A DNA stretch of 64,000 bases from contig CBDBBV010000002.1 of NCBI GenBank assembly GCA_965203265.1, positions 1,554,773-1,618,772 on the forward strand, given 5' to 3'. Shown here piece by piece: positions 41,017 to 52,100 of the stretch. Below the pieces are notes generated by a model. It saw nothing but the letters and a program-made list of their open reading frames with translations. It had not been told where the DNA came from and searched no databases. The stretch is from Candidatus Poriferihabitaceae bacterium (GTDB lineage: Bacteria; Pseudomonadota; Gammaproteobacteria; Arenicellales; Poriferihabitantaceae). The position numbers and the translations under genes were made by a program. Every line of letters begins with the position of its first letter. Positions within the stretch are counted from its first letter, which is position 1.

Positions 41017-41643
41017 TCATAACCGAGTGCTCAGCACCGAGTCGATGATGCCGTATTCGGCGGCCTCGGCGGCGCTCAGAAAATAGTCGCGATCGGTGTC
41101 CTGACGGATTCGCTTGAGGGTTTGGCCGGTGTGCTCGACGAATATCCGATTGAGGCGCTCGCGCGCTTGGAGAATTTCGCGGGTATGGATTTCGATGTCG
41201 GAAGCCTGCCCCTGAGAGCCGCCCAGAGGCTGGTGAATCATCACTCTGGAATGCGGCAGGGCATGACGTTTTTTCGGCGTCCCGCCAGCCAGAATGACCG
41301 CGCCCATGCTGGCGGCCTGACCGATGCACACGGTGCTCACATCGGGGCGGATGAACTGCATGGTGTCGTAGATGGCGAGCCCCGCCGAGACCACTCCGCC
41401 GGGGCTGTTGATGTACAGGGAGATGTCCTTCTCCGGATTTTCCGATTCGAGAAAGAGCAACTGGGCGACGATGAGATTGGCCATCTGATCCTCGCACTGC
41501 CCCACCAGAAACACCACCCGCTCCTTGAGCAGCCGGGAATAGATGTCAAATGCGCGCTCGCCGCGGCCGGTGGTCTCGATCACCATGGGGACCAAATTCA
41601 GGTTTTTCGGGCGGGTGGCGCCGGAATGTTCGTTGTTTTGCAT
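41017..41643 (-). CDS. clpP: ATP-dependent Clp protease proteolytic subunit ClpP
   Basis: Start at the internal ATG 41643 (MQNNEHSG...). Motifs [23 protein letters not shown] and GQAASMGA (catalytic Ser). Confidence 0.95.
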   Translation of the reverse strand: MQNNEHSGATRPKNLNLVPMVIETTGRGERAFDIYSRLLKERVVFLVGQCEDQMANLIVAQLLFLESENPEKDISLYINSPGGVVSAGLAIYDTMQFIRPDVSTVCIGQAASMGAVILAGGTPKKRHALPHSRVMIHQPLGGSQGQASDIEIHTREILQARERLNRIFVEHTGQTLKRIRQDTDRDYFLSAAEAAEYGIIDSVLSTRL

Positions 41644-41729
41644 GTCGTTCAACCGATGATCACGCTCGCCGGGACGGGCATGGATGGAAAGGAAAATAGC
41701 GAAAAGGAAAAAGCGGCGGCTCGGCCGTA

Positions 41730-43031
41730 TCACTCGCCCGCGGGATTCATGAATTCCTGAAATGATACCTTCTTTTCGGTAACGGCGGCGGTTTCGAGCA
41801 TGCGATCGACCACCTGTTCCTCCAGCATCATCGCTTCGATTCGGCGCAATCTGGCGGGTTCGGAATAATGCCAGTTGATCCAGGCCGCGCTGTCATCGTA
41901 GTCGGCGGCCATTTCCTCGATCCTGCGACGCAGATCGGCGCTATCCACCTTCAGGTCGAATTTTTCCATGATCTCGCGGGCGACCAAGCCGATCAGCACC
42001 TGTCGCTTGGCGTCGGCGGCGAAATGCTCGCGCTTGATCTGCTGTTTCGCCATCCCCTGCGCCGCCATTTGCTGCTCGACTGCCTTCATGCGCCGCTCGA
42101 TTTCCGCTTCGATGAGCGCCGTGGGCACCTCGATTTCATTGGCCTTCACCAGCTCGTCCATGACCCGATCGCGCAGCACGGCGCGCATTCGCGTGTCCAA
42201 TTCGCGCTGCAGGTTGACCTCGATCTCCGCGCGCATCTTCTCCATGCCGCCCTCGGCAACCCCCAGTTTGCGTGCGAACGCCTCGTCGCACTCCGGCAAC
42301 ACCCGCCGCTCCACCGCCTTCACCACCACCTCGAACGACGCCGCCTTGCCGGCCACCTCGCTACCGGAATATCTATCTGGAAAGGTGAAGGCGACCTGCT
42401 TGGCGGCACCGGCCTCGAGGCCGAGCAACTCGTTCTCGAAGGGATCAAGCATATCCCCTTCCCCCAGCACCAACCGATGGTTTTCGGCGGATCCGCCGGC
42501 GAAGGGACGGCCGTCGATTGTGCCGTCGAAGTCGATGGTAATCCGATCTCCCTTTTCCGATTTTCCCTCCTTGGCGACAAAATCCGCGTGTTGCTTGCGG
42601 ATGTTCAGCAAGGTTCGCTCCACATCCTCGGCGGTTACGGCGCAGCGCGGCTTTTCGATGGTTCTGCCGGCCAGCGTGGGGGAGGGGATGGGTGGATACA
42701 GTTCGACCGTGGCGATGTAGCGAAGATCGTCCCCCGGCGCAAACGGCTTGGGTTCGATGGACAGCAAACCGGCCGGTTCGATGGCCTCCTTGCCGAGCGC
42801 TTCCCGATAGCTGGTGTTGATGGTGTCGCTGACCACCTCGTCGGTTACCTGCGCGCCGTATCTCTTATCGACGATGCCGCGAGGAGCCTTGCCCGGGCGG
42901 AAACCGGGGATGCGCGCCCGTCTGGCCAGAGCGCGCAGGCGCTTTTCGATTTCCCGCTCGACCTCGGCGTGCGGCACGGAAACCGTGATCCTGCGCTCGA
43001 TGGCGCCGGATTCTTCAACCGTTACTTGCAT
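41730..43031 (-). CDS. tig: trigger factor
   Basis: [20 protein letters not shown]...PGFRPGKAP is the ribosome-binding signature. The tig-clpP-clpX-lon order is conserved. Confidence 0.95.
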   Translation of the reverse strand: MQVTVEESGAIERRITVSVPHAEVEREIEKRLRALARRARIPGFRPGKAPRGIVDKRYGAQVTDEVVSDTINTSYREALGKEAIEPAGLLSIEPKPFAPGDDLRYIATVELYPPIPSPTLAGRTIEKPRCAVTAEDVERTLLNIRKQHADFVAKEGKSEKGDRITIDFDGTIDGRPFAGGSAENHRLVLGEGDMLDPFENELLGLEAGAAKQVAFTFPDRYSGSEVAGKAASFEVVVKAVERRVLPECDEAFARKLGVAEGGMEKMRAEIEVNLQRELDTRMRAVLRDRVMDELVKANEIEVPTALIEAEIERRMKAVEQQMAAQGMAKQQIKREHFAADAKRQVLIGLVAREIMEKFDLKVDSADLRRRIEEMAADYDDSAAWINWHYSEPARLRRIEAMMLEEQVVDRMLETAAVTEKKVSFQEFMNPAGE

Positions 43032-43083
43032 GGTTACGATCGTCCGAAAAAAGAATGGTTCGAAGTTTGAATAACGATGAGAC

Positions 43084-43170
<87 letters not shown>

Positions 43171-43200
43171 TACCTCGTCTTGCCGTCCACCGCGAATTGC

Positions 43201-43276
<76 letters not shown>

Positions 43277-43309
43277 TGACCGCGCCTCGCGCGCAAAATT
43301 GGGGTGAAC

Positions 43310-43386
43310 GATGGGACTCGAACCCACGACGGCCGGAATCACAATCCGGGGCTCTACCAACTGAGCTACGTTCACCATAATTTCAT
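43310..43386 (-). tRNA. tRNA-His (GTG)
   Basis: The reverse complement GGTGAACGTAGCTCAGTTGGTAGAGCCCCGGATTGTGATTCCGG...TCACCCCA has the extra 5' G typical of tRNA-His. Confidence 0.9.
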
Positions 43387-43430
43387 TCATCCGGCCTGCG
43401 CCCGCACATATAAGCTTTCATGGCGCGCCC

Positions 43431-43507
43431 GACAGGATTCGAACCTGTAACCTACGGCTTAGAAGGCCGTTGCTCTATCCGATTGGGCTACGGGCGCAAA
43501 GATTGAA
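43431..43507 (-). tRNA. tRNA-Arg (TCT)
   Basis: The reverse complement GCGCCCGTAGCCCAATCGGATAGAGCAACGGCCTTCTAAGCCGTAGGTTACAGGTTCGAATCCTGTCGGGCGCGCCA. Confidence 0.9.
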
Positions 43508-43530
43508 AATTTTACAAAACTGGTCGGGGT

Positions 43531-43607
43531 AGAGAGATTTGAACTCCCGACATCCTGCTCCCAAAGCAGGCGCGCTACCAGACTGCGCTATACCCCGCTT
43601 TTCGCCG
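43531..43607 (-). tRNA. tRNA-Pro (TGG)
   Basis: The reverse complement CGGGGTATAGCGCAGTCTGGTAGCGCGCCTGCTTTGGGAGCAGGATGTCGGGAGTTCAAATCTCTCTACCCCGACCA. Confidence 0.9.
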
Positions 43608-43687
43608 ACGGCGCATTGCGGCCACGGCGTCGAACTATACGGATATCGCCCCCTCCGGTCAATGGATGCGGGCTAGCCGGCGGCAGG

Positions 43688-43714
43688 TTGAAAAACACCG
43701 CGATACCCCCACTT
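43688..43714 (+). promoter_or_regulatory. candidate sigma-32 heat-shock promoter of htpG
   Basis: TTGAAA (43688-43693), 13 nt, then CCCCACTT (43707-43714). The consensus is CTTGAAA-N13-17-CCCCATNT. It lies about 30 nt upstream of the htpG ATG. Confidence 0.4.
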
Positions 43715-43741
43715 CCCCGGCATTTCTCACGCAACCCGACC

Positions 43742-45643
43742 ATGACCGCGAAATCCACCGTGGAAACCCATGCGTTTCAAACCGAGGTGCAACAGCTGCT
43801 GCATCTCATCATCCACTCCCTCTACAGCAACAAGGAGATATTCCTGCGGGAACTGATTTCCAACGCCTCGGATGCCTGCGACCGGCTGCGTTTTCTCGCG
43901 CTGACCGACAAAAATCTGTACGAGGAGGATGACGCCCTCGGCATTCGGGTCGATGTGGACGGCAGGAAGAAAACCCTCACCGTGAGCGACAACGGCATCG
44001 GCATGAGCCACGCCGAGGTGATCGAAAATATCGGCACCATCGCCCGCTCCGGCACGCGCAAATTTCTCGAGCAGATGGCTGAGAAAGACGCCCGCGACAG
44101 CGCCTTCATCGGGCAATTCGGCGTCGGCTTCTATTCGAGTTTTCTCGTTGCCAAGCGAGTTACCCTGCTCACCCGGCGCGCCGGTACGCCGTCCTCGGAG
44201 GGGGTCAAATGGGTTTCCGACGGCAGCGGCGAATACACCATCGAGCGCATCGACCGCCCCGAGCGCGGCACGGAAATCATCCTCGACCTGCAGCGCGAGC
44301 AGACGGAATATCTGGATCATCACCGCCTGCGCACCATCATCGCCACCTATTCCGACCACATCTCCCTGCCGATCCGCATGCCCAAAGCGCCCGATGGGGA
44401 CAGTGAAAATCAGGCGCCCCAGTGGGAAACCGTCAACACCGGCCGCGCCCTGTGGACGCGGGCGAAGGCCGAGGTCTCCACCGAGGAACACAATGCCTTC
44501 TACACCGCGCTCAGCTACGATCCGCAGCCGCCGGCACTCGTCCTGCACAATCGGGTCGAGGGGAAGCTGGAATACATCTCGTTGTTCTATGTGCCGGCGA
44601 AGGCGCCGTTCGACCTGTGGGATCGCGAGCAGCGTCGCGGCATCAAGCTGTATGTGCGGCGCATATTCATCACCGAGGACGCCAAGCAGTTGATGCCGAA
44701 TTACCTGCGCTTCGTGCGCGGCCTCGTGGATTGCGCCGATCTGCCGCTGAATGTGTCGCGGGAATTCCTTCAGGAGAATCAGGCGATCGACAAGATTCGC
44801 GCCGCCTCGGTGAAAAAAGTGCTGGCCGAGTTGAAGCGAGTCGCCGACAAGGATGCGGACCAATACGCGGCGCTGTGGAAGGAATATGGCCGCGTGCTCA
44901 AGGAGGGGGTGATCGAGGATTCCGAAAACCGCGACCACATAGTCGAGTTGTTGCGCTTCGCCTCGACTCACGGCGAGGGGGCCGAGGGAGGCGATGGGGA
45001 GGCGAGCCGTCCCCTGATCTCGCTGGAAGACTACTGCGCGCGCATGGCCGAGACTCAAAGGGCGATTTACTATGTGACCGCGGACAGCCCGGCGGCGGCG
45101 AGATCGTCGCCTCATCTCGAGATTTTCCGCAAGAACGATATCGAGGTGCTACTCCTTTCGGATCCGGTGGACGAATGGGTGGTCGGCCATCTCGGCAGTT
45201 ATCGGGAAAAGCCGTTGCAGTCCATCGCCAAGGGCGATCTCGATCTGGGCGAACTCGAAGGCGGCGAGGAGAAGGAGCAGGAGCAGGCGGATCGATTGCA
45301 ACCGTTGGTGGACAAAATCAAGTCGGTGCTGGCAGATCGGGTCAAGGATGTGCGGCTTTCCAATCGCTTGGTGGATTCGCCCGCCTGCTTGGTGGCGGAT
45401 CAACACGATATAGGCGCCAACATGGAGCGGATTCTGCAGGCCATCGTCCAGGACGCGCCGAGCGCGAAACCGATTCTGGAAATCAACCCGCAGCACGCCA
45501 TCGTCCAGCGCATCGACTCCGAAGGCGAACTGGCGGAGGACTGGGCGCGGGTGCTGTTCGATCAGGCGGCGCTGGCGGAGGGCGCGTCTCTGCAGGATCC
45601 CAGCGGGTATGTGAGGCGCATCAACAAGTTGCTGGCGCAGTAA
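43742..45643 (+). CDS. htpG: molecular chaperone HtpG (Hsp90)
   Basis: HAFQTEVQQLLHLIIHSLYSNKEIFLRELISNASDA and GQFGVGFYS. The start is the internal ATG at 43742. Confidence 0.95.
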   Translation: MTAKSTVETHAFQTEVQQLLHLIIHSLYSNKEIFLRELISNASDACDRLRFLALTDKNLYEEDDALGIRVDVDGRKKTLTVSDNGIGMSHAEVIENIGTIARSGTRKFLEQMAEKDARDSAFIGQFGVGFYSSFLVAKRVTLLTRRAGTPSSEGVKWVSDGSGEYTIERIDRPERGTEIILDLQREQTEYLDHHRLRTIIATYSDHISLPIRMPKAPDGDSENQAPQWETVNTGRALWTRAKAEVSTEEHNAFYTALSYDPQPPALVLHNRVEGKLEYISLFYVPAKAPFDLWDREQRRGIKLYVRRIFITEDAKQLMPNYLRFVRGLVDCADLPLNVSREFLQENQAIDKIRAASVKKVLAELKRVADKDADQYAALWKEYGRVLKEGVIEDSENRDHIVELLRFASTHGEGAEGGDGEASRPLISLEDYCARMAETQRAIYYVTADSPAAARSSPHLEIFRKNDIEVLLLSDPVDEWVVGHLGSYREKPLQSIAKGDLDLGELEGGEEKEQEQADRLQPLVDKIKSVLADRVKDVRLSNRLVDSPACLVADQHDIGANMERILQAIVQDAPSAKPILEINPQHAIVQRIDSEGELAEDWARVLFDQAALAEGASLQDPSGYVRRINKLLAQ

Positions 45644-45678
45644 CCAAAACGGCAAGCGGCAGGCGACTAGCGGCGCGT

Positions 45679-46635
45679 CTAGCCGTGGGCGCCGATGTCT
45701 GGAGCGCTGCGGCGCGGCGTTACCAGCACCATGCCCAGCAACATCAACGCCAGCGCCCCCCACACCCACAGGGAATGGCGCTCGGAAAAGAACACCATCC
45801 CCCAAAACACGCCGGCCAGAGTGATCACATAGCCGGCCAAACTGGCAAACACCGCGCCGGCCATTTTGATCACCAAGAGGAACATTATGTACGCCACGCT
45901 GCTCACCAGCATCATCGCCAGCATGGCCGTCTCGGCCGCGTCCAACGGCAGGTTGATGGGGTAGAACGCCTCCTCGGCGTACATCACCGGCAGCAGCATC
46001 AGCGCCGCGACGAACAACCCGCCGGTCAGCAGCCCGACCATATCGGCGTCTTGCGGGATGGATCGATCCACATAGACGTTTTCCAGCGTGTAGCAAACCG
46101 AGGCGATCAGAGGCAATATCAGCCAACGCGCCATGGACGGATCGGGCAAGCTGGCGTCGGGCGCGACCAACAACAGCATGGCGAGGAATCCCATGAGGAC
46201 GCCGAGGAAACGCCACAGCCCGAAGCGATCGATAGCCAACATCCACGACAACGCATATGTCAGCATCGGCACCAGCGCCACGGTAATCGCCAGCACGCCG
46301 GCGGGCACCTCGGGCGCCGCATAGAAATAGAGCGTGGCGGGCACGGCGGTGCCGAAAATGGCGATGAAGCAGGCGTGCCTGCAGTTTGCGCCGCCGAAAT
46401 GGAAATGGAAACGGAAGCGCCCCCCTCGCCGCCGTAGCAGAACGAAAACCAGCAACGCGAGGCCGCCGCCGAACGCCTGCCAGAAGGCCAGTCCGACCGG
46501 ATGAGCCTGCCCCGAGGCGGCGATGCGGGCGAGGGAGAAGGTCATGCCCCAGATCACCCCGCAGGACAGCATGAGAATATAGGGAACGGCGGACGCCATC
46601 GCCCGCCGCGCCGGTTTCAGGGCATCCGTGTCCAT
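45679..46635 (-). CDS. EamA/DMT family transporter
   Basis: About 10 hydrophobic segments. The longest ORF (to 46701) would overlap the tag 3' end, so an internal start (46635 or 46599) is more likely. Confidence 0.7.
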   Translation of the reverse strand: MDTDALKPARRAMASAVPYILMLSCGVIWGMTFSLARIAASGQAHPVGLAFWQAFGGGLALLVFVLLRRRGGRFRFHFHFGGANCRHACFIAIFGTAVPATLYFYAAPEVPAGVLAITVALVPMLTYALSWMLAIDRFGLWRFLGVLMGFLAMLLLVAPDASLPDPSMARWLILPLIASVCYTLENVYVDRSIPQDADMVGLLTGGLFVAALMLLPVMYAEEAFYPINLPLDAAETAMLAMMLVSSVAYIMFLLVIKMAGAVFASLAGYVITLAGVFWGMVFFSERHSLWVWGALALMLLGMVLVTPRRSAPDIGAHG

Positions 46636-46651
46636 GCGCAATCGCAAGGTA

Positions 46652-47233
46652 TCAGCGCCCCGGCTCGCCGAGCACGCGGTATCGGTGGCAATCGACGACA
46701 TGGTCGTTGACCAAACCGGCGGCCTGCATGAAGGCGTAGCAAATGGTGTCGCCGACGAAGACGAAGCCGACTTTCTTCAAGTCCGCAGCCAACCGCGCCG
46801 ACAACGGCGTGGATGCCGGAACCTGCTCGGCGGAGCGCCACGCATTTTGCAACGGCTCGCCGTCCACATATTTCCACAACCAGCGATCCAAGGTCTCCCC
46901 CGACTCCCGCAGAGCCAGATAGGCGCGGGCGTTGGTCACAAAGGCGTTCACCTTGAGGCGATTGCGCACCAAGCGCGCGTCGCCGAGCAACTCGGCAATT
47001 TTGGCGGTATCGTAAGCGGCGATTCGGGCGGCGTCGAAACCATCGAAGGCGGCGCGGTAGGCATCCCGTTTTCGCAGAATGGTAATCCAGCTCAGGCCGG
47101 CCTGAGCGCCCTCCAAACACAACAGCTCGAACAACCGCCGGTCGTCGTGCAGCGGCACCCCCCATTCCCTGTCGTGGTATTGCCGATACAGCGGATCGTC
47201 CCCGCACCACCAGCATCGTTTCTTCTCGGCCAT
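46652..47233 (-). CDS. tag: DNA-3-methyladenine glycosylase I
   Basis: KKRCWWCGDDPLYRQYHDREWGVPLHDDRRLFELLCLEGAQAGLSWITIL is the canonical Tag signature. It uses the internal start at 47233. Confidence 0.9.
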   Translation of the reverse strand: MAEKKRCWWCGDDPLYRQYHDREWGVPLHDDRRLFELLCLEGAQAGLSWITILRKRDAYRAAFDGFDAARIAAYDTAKIAELLGDARLVRNRLKVNAFVTNARAYLALRESGETLDRWLWKYVDGEPLQNAWRSAEQVPASTPLSARLAADLKKVGFVFVGDTICYAFMQAAGLVNDHVVDCHRYRVLGEPGR

Positions 47234-47379
47234 GACTGCAATCCACTCACACTCCACGCGGCTGAAATTCCCGGCGATTGTACGAGATTGCGGGCGGCAA
47301 CACAGCATTATGATGATCCGTCACCGCCGCCGTGCCGTGCTACACTTTCGTCTCCTCGACCCGTTCACCAGAGATCGCC

Positions 47380-48171
47380 ATGAAGAATCCCCGATTGCTC
47401 CTCTTGCTCGCCCTGTGCGCCGTGCCGCTAGTCGCCCAAGCGCAGCCGGAACTCAAGGGCACCCCCGAAGAATTGCGCGAATTCCTCCACCCCGAAGGCC
47501 GCCATGTACGCATCGAAGGCGAGGCCGATCTCAAGGCGTATTCGGATCGAGCCATCGTCAGCTTGCTCATCACCACCGAGCACAAACTGCTGTCCGAAGC
47601 CATCAACGCCAACGCCGGATTACGCGAAACCATCGTCCAACAACTCACCACCTCGGGCATCGCCGCGGACAATATAAAGAGCTCGCGATTTTCCACTTCC
47701 CCCCAATACGGCTGGTTCGGCGACAAGCCGAAAACCTTTGAAGTGGTCAACCGCATGGCGGTGCGCATCGCCACGGAAGCGCACCTCGCCGCCATCGCCA
47801 CGGTGGCCGACGCCAATCCGGAAATCGACCTGTCCGACCTGTCCTTCGAGCACACCAAGCGAGACGAATTCAACGAACAGGTCAAGATGGACGCCCTCGC
47901 CGATGTGATGCGGCAGAAGGCGCACTACGAGGACGCCCTCGGACTGACCCTCATTGCGGTGAGTTTCGGCGATGCGCAGACCCACCGCTTTGCCACCGGC
48001 GGCGCGCGGGCGCTGGAGCAATCCGTGTCGTACTACAGGACCGAGTCATCGCTTGCCCGTTCGGTGGATGCGTATCCGCCGCAAGCGGTTACCGCCGCGC
48101 CGCGCGAGACTTCCTTCGACGAGGTGAGTTACGAGGCCAGTTTGTCCGTGTATTTCCGCATCGAGGAGTAG
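47380..48171 (+). CDS. SIMPL (DUF541) domain periplasmic protein
   Basis: Signal peptide MKNPRLLLLLALCAVPLVAQA. The length and pattern resemble SIMPL-family proteins. Confidence 0.65.
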   Translation: MKNPRLLLLLALCAVPLVAQAQPELKGTPEELREFLHPEGRHVRIEGEADLKAYSDRAIVSLLITTEHKLLSEAINANAGLRETIVQQLTTSGIAADNIKSSRFSTSPQYGWFGDKPKTFEVVNRMAVRIATEAHLAAIATVADANPEIDLSDLSFEHTKRDEFNEQVKMDALADVMRQKAHYEDALGLTLIAVSFGDAQTHRFATGGARALEQSVSYYRTESSLARSVDAYPPQAVTAAPRETSFDEVSYEASLSVYFRIEE

Positions 48172-48200
48172 CAAATAGCCATTCAACCGGTGAATCCGCC

Positions 48201-49001
48201 ATGCCCGACCATCTGAAAAATCTGAAAAGCGAGTACGAAAAACAGGGGTTCCTCTCCCCCATCGACATTATCAGCGCGCCACAAGCCCTGCGCCACCGCC
48301 GCATCATGGAGCAGGCGGAAAATCGTCTGGGCGCGGTGCACTATCTGGCGAAAATGCACACCATCCTACGCTCCCCCTACGAACTGGCGACTCACCCCGC
48401 CATTCTCGATGTGGTCGAGCAACTCATCGGTGCCGACATCCTGCTGTACAACACCACCTACATCATCAAGGAGGCTCATACCCCCACCCACGTGAGCTGG
48501 CATCAAGACCTCACCTACTGGGGGCTGGACGGCGACGACCAAGTATCGGTATGGCTGGCGTTGTCCGCCGCCGACCGAGAGAGCGGCTGCATGAGAATGA
48601 TCCCCGGCAGCCACGCCGCCGGACGGCTGGAACACGACACCTCGGCCGCGGACGAAACCAATGTACTGTTCCAGAGCCAGACGGTGCACGGGGTAGACGA
48701 GCAAAGCGCCGTGTATTGCACCCTCGCCCCGGGCCAAGCCTCATTCCACCACGGCTGGACCCTGCACGCCTCCCTGCCCAACCGCAGCGCCGACCGGCGC
48801 ATCGGCCTCAACATCCAGTACATCGCGCCGCACATTTGCCAGACCAAACTGCCGGGCTACAGCGCCCTACTGGTACGCGGCGAAGACCGCTTCCACCACT
48901 ACGCCACGGAAACCCCGCCAACTCGCGATTTCGACCCCGAAGCGCTGGCGTGGCGCGAACAACAGGATCGCCTGCACGAAAGCATCGCCGGCACCGCCTG
49001 A
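48201..49001 (+). CDS. phytanoyl-CoA dioxygenase (PhyH) family Fe(II)/2-oxoglutarate oxygenase
   Basis: H-x-D (WHQD), PGSH and a distal H (HASLPNRS) arrangement; 266 aa. Confidence 0.75.
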   Translation: MPDHLKNLKSEYEKQGFLSPIDIISAPQALRHRRIMEQAENRLGAVHYLAKMHTILRSPYELATHPAILDVVEQLIGADILLYNTTYIIKEAHTPTHVSWHQDLTYWGLDGDDQVSVWLALSAADRESGCMRMIPGSHAAGRLEHDTSAADETNVLFQSQTVHGVDEQSAVYCTLAPGQASFHHGWTLHASLPNRSADRRIGLNIQYIAPHICQTKLPGYSALLVRGEDRFHHYATETPPTRDFDPEALAWREQQDRLHESIAGTA

Positions 49002-49045
49002 CGGATCAAGTCGCCCTAGACGAGGGGCGAGGGGCGCGGGAGCAA

Positions 49046-49090
49046 AAAAGAAAAAAGGGGCGGTGGCGCCTTGAGGAAATCGCCACCGCC
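49046..49090 (-). terminator. rho-independent terminator of the autotransporter gene
   Basis: A 10-bp stem GGCGGTGGCG / CGCCACCGCC (49059-49068 / 49081-49090) is followed on the minus strand by CCCCTTTTTTCTTTTTTG. Confidence 0.6.
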
Positions 49091-49162
49091 CTGAGCAAAG
49101 GTGCGGAATGGGATGGCGGGCGTCGCCAAATCAAGTCGCCCGCCGTCCGTAGCCTGTAACGG

Positions 49163-52100
49163 TCAGAAACGCGCCTCTCCCTTCAATAAAATCGCATGGT
49201 CGGCATCCGCGCGCTCGTTCCCATGCTCGCGGCGTTCTCCGTGCAGGCGCAGGGTGAATTGCCCGCCGGAAGACCAATCCAACCCTATGCGGTACAGTTT
49301 GCCGTTGTCTTGCAGGGTCAAACCGCTCCACGGGGTCAGCAAGCCGTCTCGCTCGCCGGGGGTGGACAGGCCGTAGCCCAGATTCATTTCCAGTCGTCCG
49401 CTGGGGTCGTGAGTGGTCGGGGTGGTTTCGCGTAGGCCGTTCGACCAGATTTGGCCGGTGTTGCCGTCCCCGCCGTGATTGCCGTAGCCGGGGCTCATTT
49501 CGAAGGACAGGCCGTGACCGCCTGCGCTGGGGGATAGGCGTAGGGAGGCTTGTATTCCCCATTCCTCGTAGTCGCTGCGGCCTAACAGGGTGTGTGCCGA
49601 GGTTTCGGCGTTCCAGCCGGTTTTCGGGTTGGCGTAGCGCACGCTGCCGTGGAATTCCGCGCCGGTGCTGGTGTTGCCGTCTACGCCGTCTCCGCCGTCG
49701 TGGCGTAGGCCGAGGGAGATGGAGGGCGATAGGTGGCCGCCGCCGCTCAAGTGGCGGCTACTGCTCGCTTCGGCGGCGAATCGAATCAGGGTGGTTTCCA
49801 CTGTCATGGCGGCAACTTGGGCGGTTTTTTCCACCTCCAAGTCGGTGCGCGCGATTTCCCCCTTGAGGCGCACACTGGCGTCATCGCGCGACCACAACAG
49901 GCCGCTGCCGCCCAGACTCACGGATTGCAGGGTTACATCGTTGGATGACGATTCGCCGTCTTGCGGTGTGATTTCCACTTCGCCGGTGCCGTAGCCGGCG
50001 GTGGCCCACCAGTGGCGTTGACCCGAACGCCAGCCGAAGTAGGGGTGGATGGCAAGTAAGTCGATTTCGTAGTCGCCCTTGCTGACTCCGCTTGCGCCGC
50101 CGCTTTCGCTAGTGTCCTCGTATTCCAGTTCGCCCTCACTCCACGACAAGGCCACGCCCGCCAGCAGGTTTTCGCGCACCTTGTGATCCACGCCGATTTG
50201 CGCGCCGTACAAACTGCCGTCGAAGTCCACGCCGTCATTCTCGCCGGACAGATTGCGGTATTCGCCGCTGCCCCACAGGGAGGTTTTACGCAGGCCGCCG
50301 CCCTCTTCTCTGGTGTGGAACGGCAGAACGAAATCGGAGCCGTCCAGCAAGTCGCGCAGGGGGATGTTGTCGTTGACCAAACCCGGCGCATGGGTTTGCA
50401 AGACGCCCGCGAGGGAACTCTGCCCGCCGAGACTGGCCGAGACACCACCGCTCCCGCTCCCATTCAATGCCCGCCCCACTCGCGTGGAAATGGCGCCGGT
50501 TACCCGACTGGCCACGGCGCGCGCCACTTCGGGCAGGGCGGTTTCATGCAATCTCTCCGACTGTATCTGCGACACGATTGTCAGCACGAGGGCGCGCTCG
50601 GTGCGCAAAGACGGGTTGGTGCTTGTGGCGGAGATGGTGATGGTTTCGCCGTCGTCGTCCACCTCATCGGCGATGGTGGTTAGCGTAACCGTCTCGCTAT
50701 GGCGGCCTGCGGCAATGGTGAAGGTCTTGGTGGTGAGGGAATAATCGACGCCCTCGGTGGCCGCCGTGTTGCCGCTTGCGTCGATGGTCAGCGTTACCAC
50801 ACTGCCGCCGGACGGTGCTGGGCGGTTCAGCGTTGCCGTAACCACGGATTCGCGGCCTTCGGGGATGTCCGTGGGGCTGGCGGCGAGGGTCAGGGTGGTC
50901 GGTATGGCCGCTCTGGTTATGCTTACTCGGTAGTTCGTGGTACTGCCGTCCTCGGCGGTTACCTCGACCACAATGGCGTTGCCCCCCTCGGCGAGGGAAA
51001 TGGCGCTGCTGTCCGAGCCGCTGTTCACCGCCGTCAGGCTGCCGCTCTTGCCGACCTTGATGGAAGCGGCATTGTGCGCCGTGGTAGGCGTCAATATCGC
51101 ATGGGTAACCTCGTTGCCCACCGGAGCCCGATAGGCCGTGGTGGAGGCCGAGAAAGAGGGCGTCAGGGCGAGGGTGGTGAAAGTGCTGCCGTCTGTGCTG
51201 CTTTTGGCGGTTAGGGCGCTCAGATCAGCGTTGTCGGATTGGCCGCTTCCCGATGGCGCCGCTCTGGTTATGCTCACCGTGTAGGTGTTCTTGGCGCCGC
51301 CCGATGCGGTTACCTCGACCAAGATGGGGTTGGCGCCCACAGAGAGGGGGATGGCGCTGCTGTCAACGCCGCTCGCCACTGAGTTGAGGTTGCCGCTCTT
51401 GCCGACTCGTATGGTGGCGCCGCTTTGTGCCGCGGTGGGGGTCAGTATCAAGTGGGTAACGGCGTTGGTCACCGAGGCCGAGTAGGCGGTGGTGGTGTGG
51501 GAGAAGGTTGCCGGGTTGAGGGCGAGGGCGGTGAAGGGGCCTGCCGAACTGGTGGCGCGCTGGGCAGTCAAGGCGGTCAAATCGGTCGGTGCCGGTTTGT
51601 CGTCATCGGTGATGGTGATGGCAACCGAGTTGTCGGTGCCGGCGGTTACCGAGGAAGGCAGGGTGCCGAGGGCGACTGTGAGGGTTTCGTCCTGTTCGTC
51701 GGTGTCTTGGTTGGTGGAAAGCGAGCCGGTGGCGGAGGTTTGGCCGCTTGAGATGGTGATGGCGGCTAGGCTGCCGATGTCGGCGGCTTCGGCGCTGCCT
51801 CGGGTGATGGTCAGCGGGATGCGCACATTGGAAGTCAGCGCCGCCGAGAGGGTTGCGGTGATGGTTACGGAGGAACCTTCGGGAACCGGATTGGGGGCGG
51901 CGGAGAGGTTGACAGTGGGGGTGGTTGCTGTTGGGCAGGATGAGCCGATGCTCAGGGAGATGGTGTTGCCGGTGGCCCAGGGTAGGTTGGCGTTGGGCCA
52001 AGCAATAAAGATTCCCGCGGCACCCGATAAGGAAAACTCGGTCGAGCCCACACAGAATTTCAATGCTTTGAGGGCAGTATTCGGTAAAGCATTGATAAGA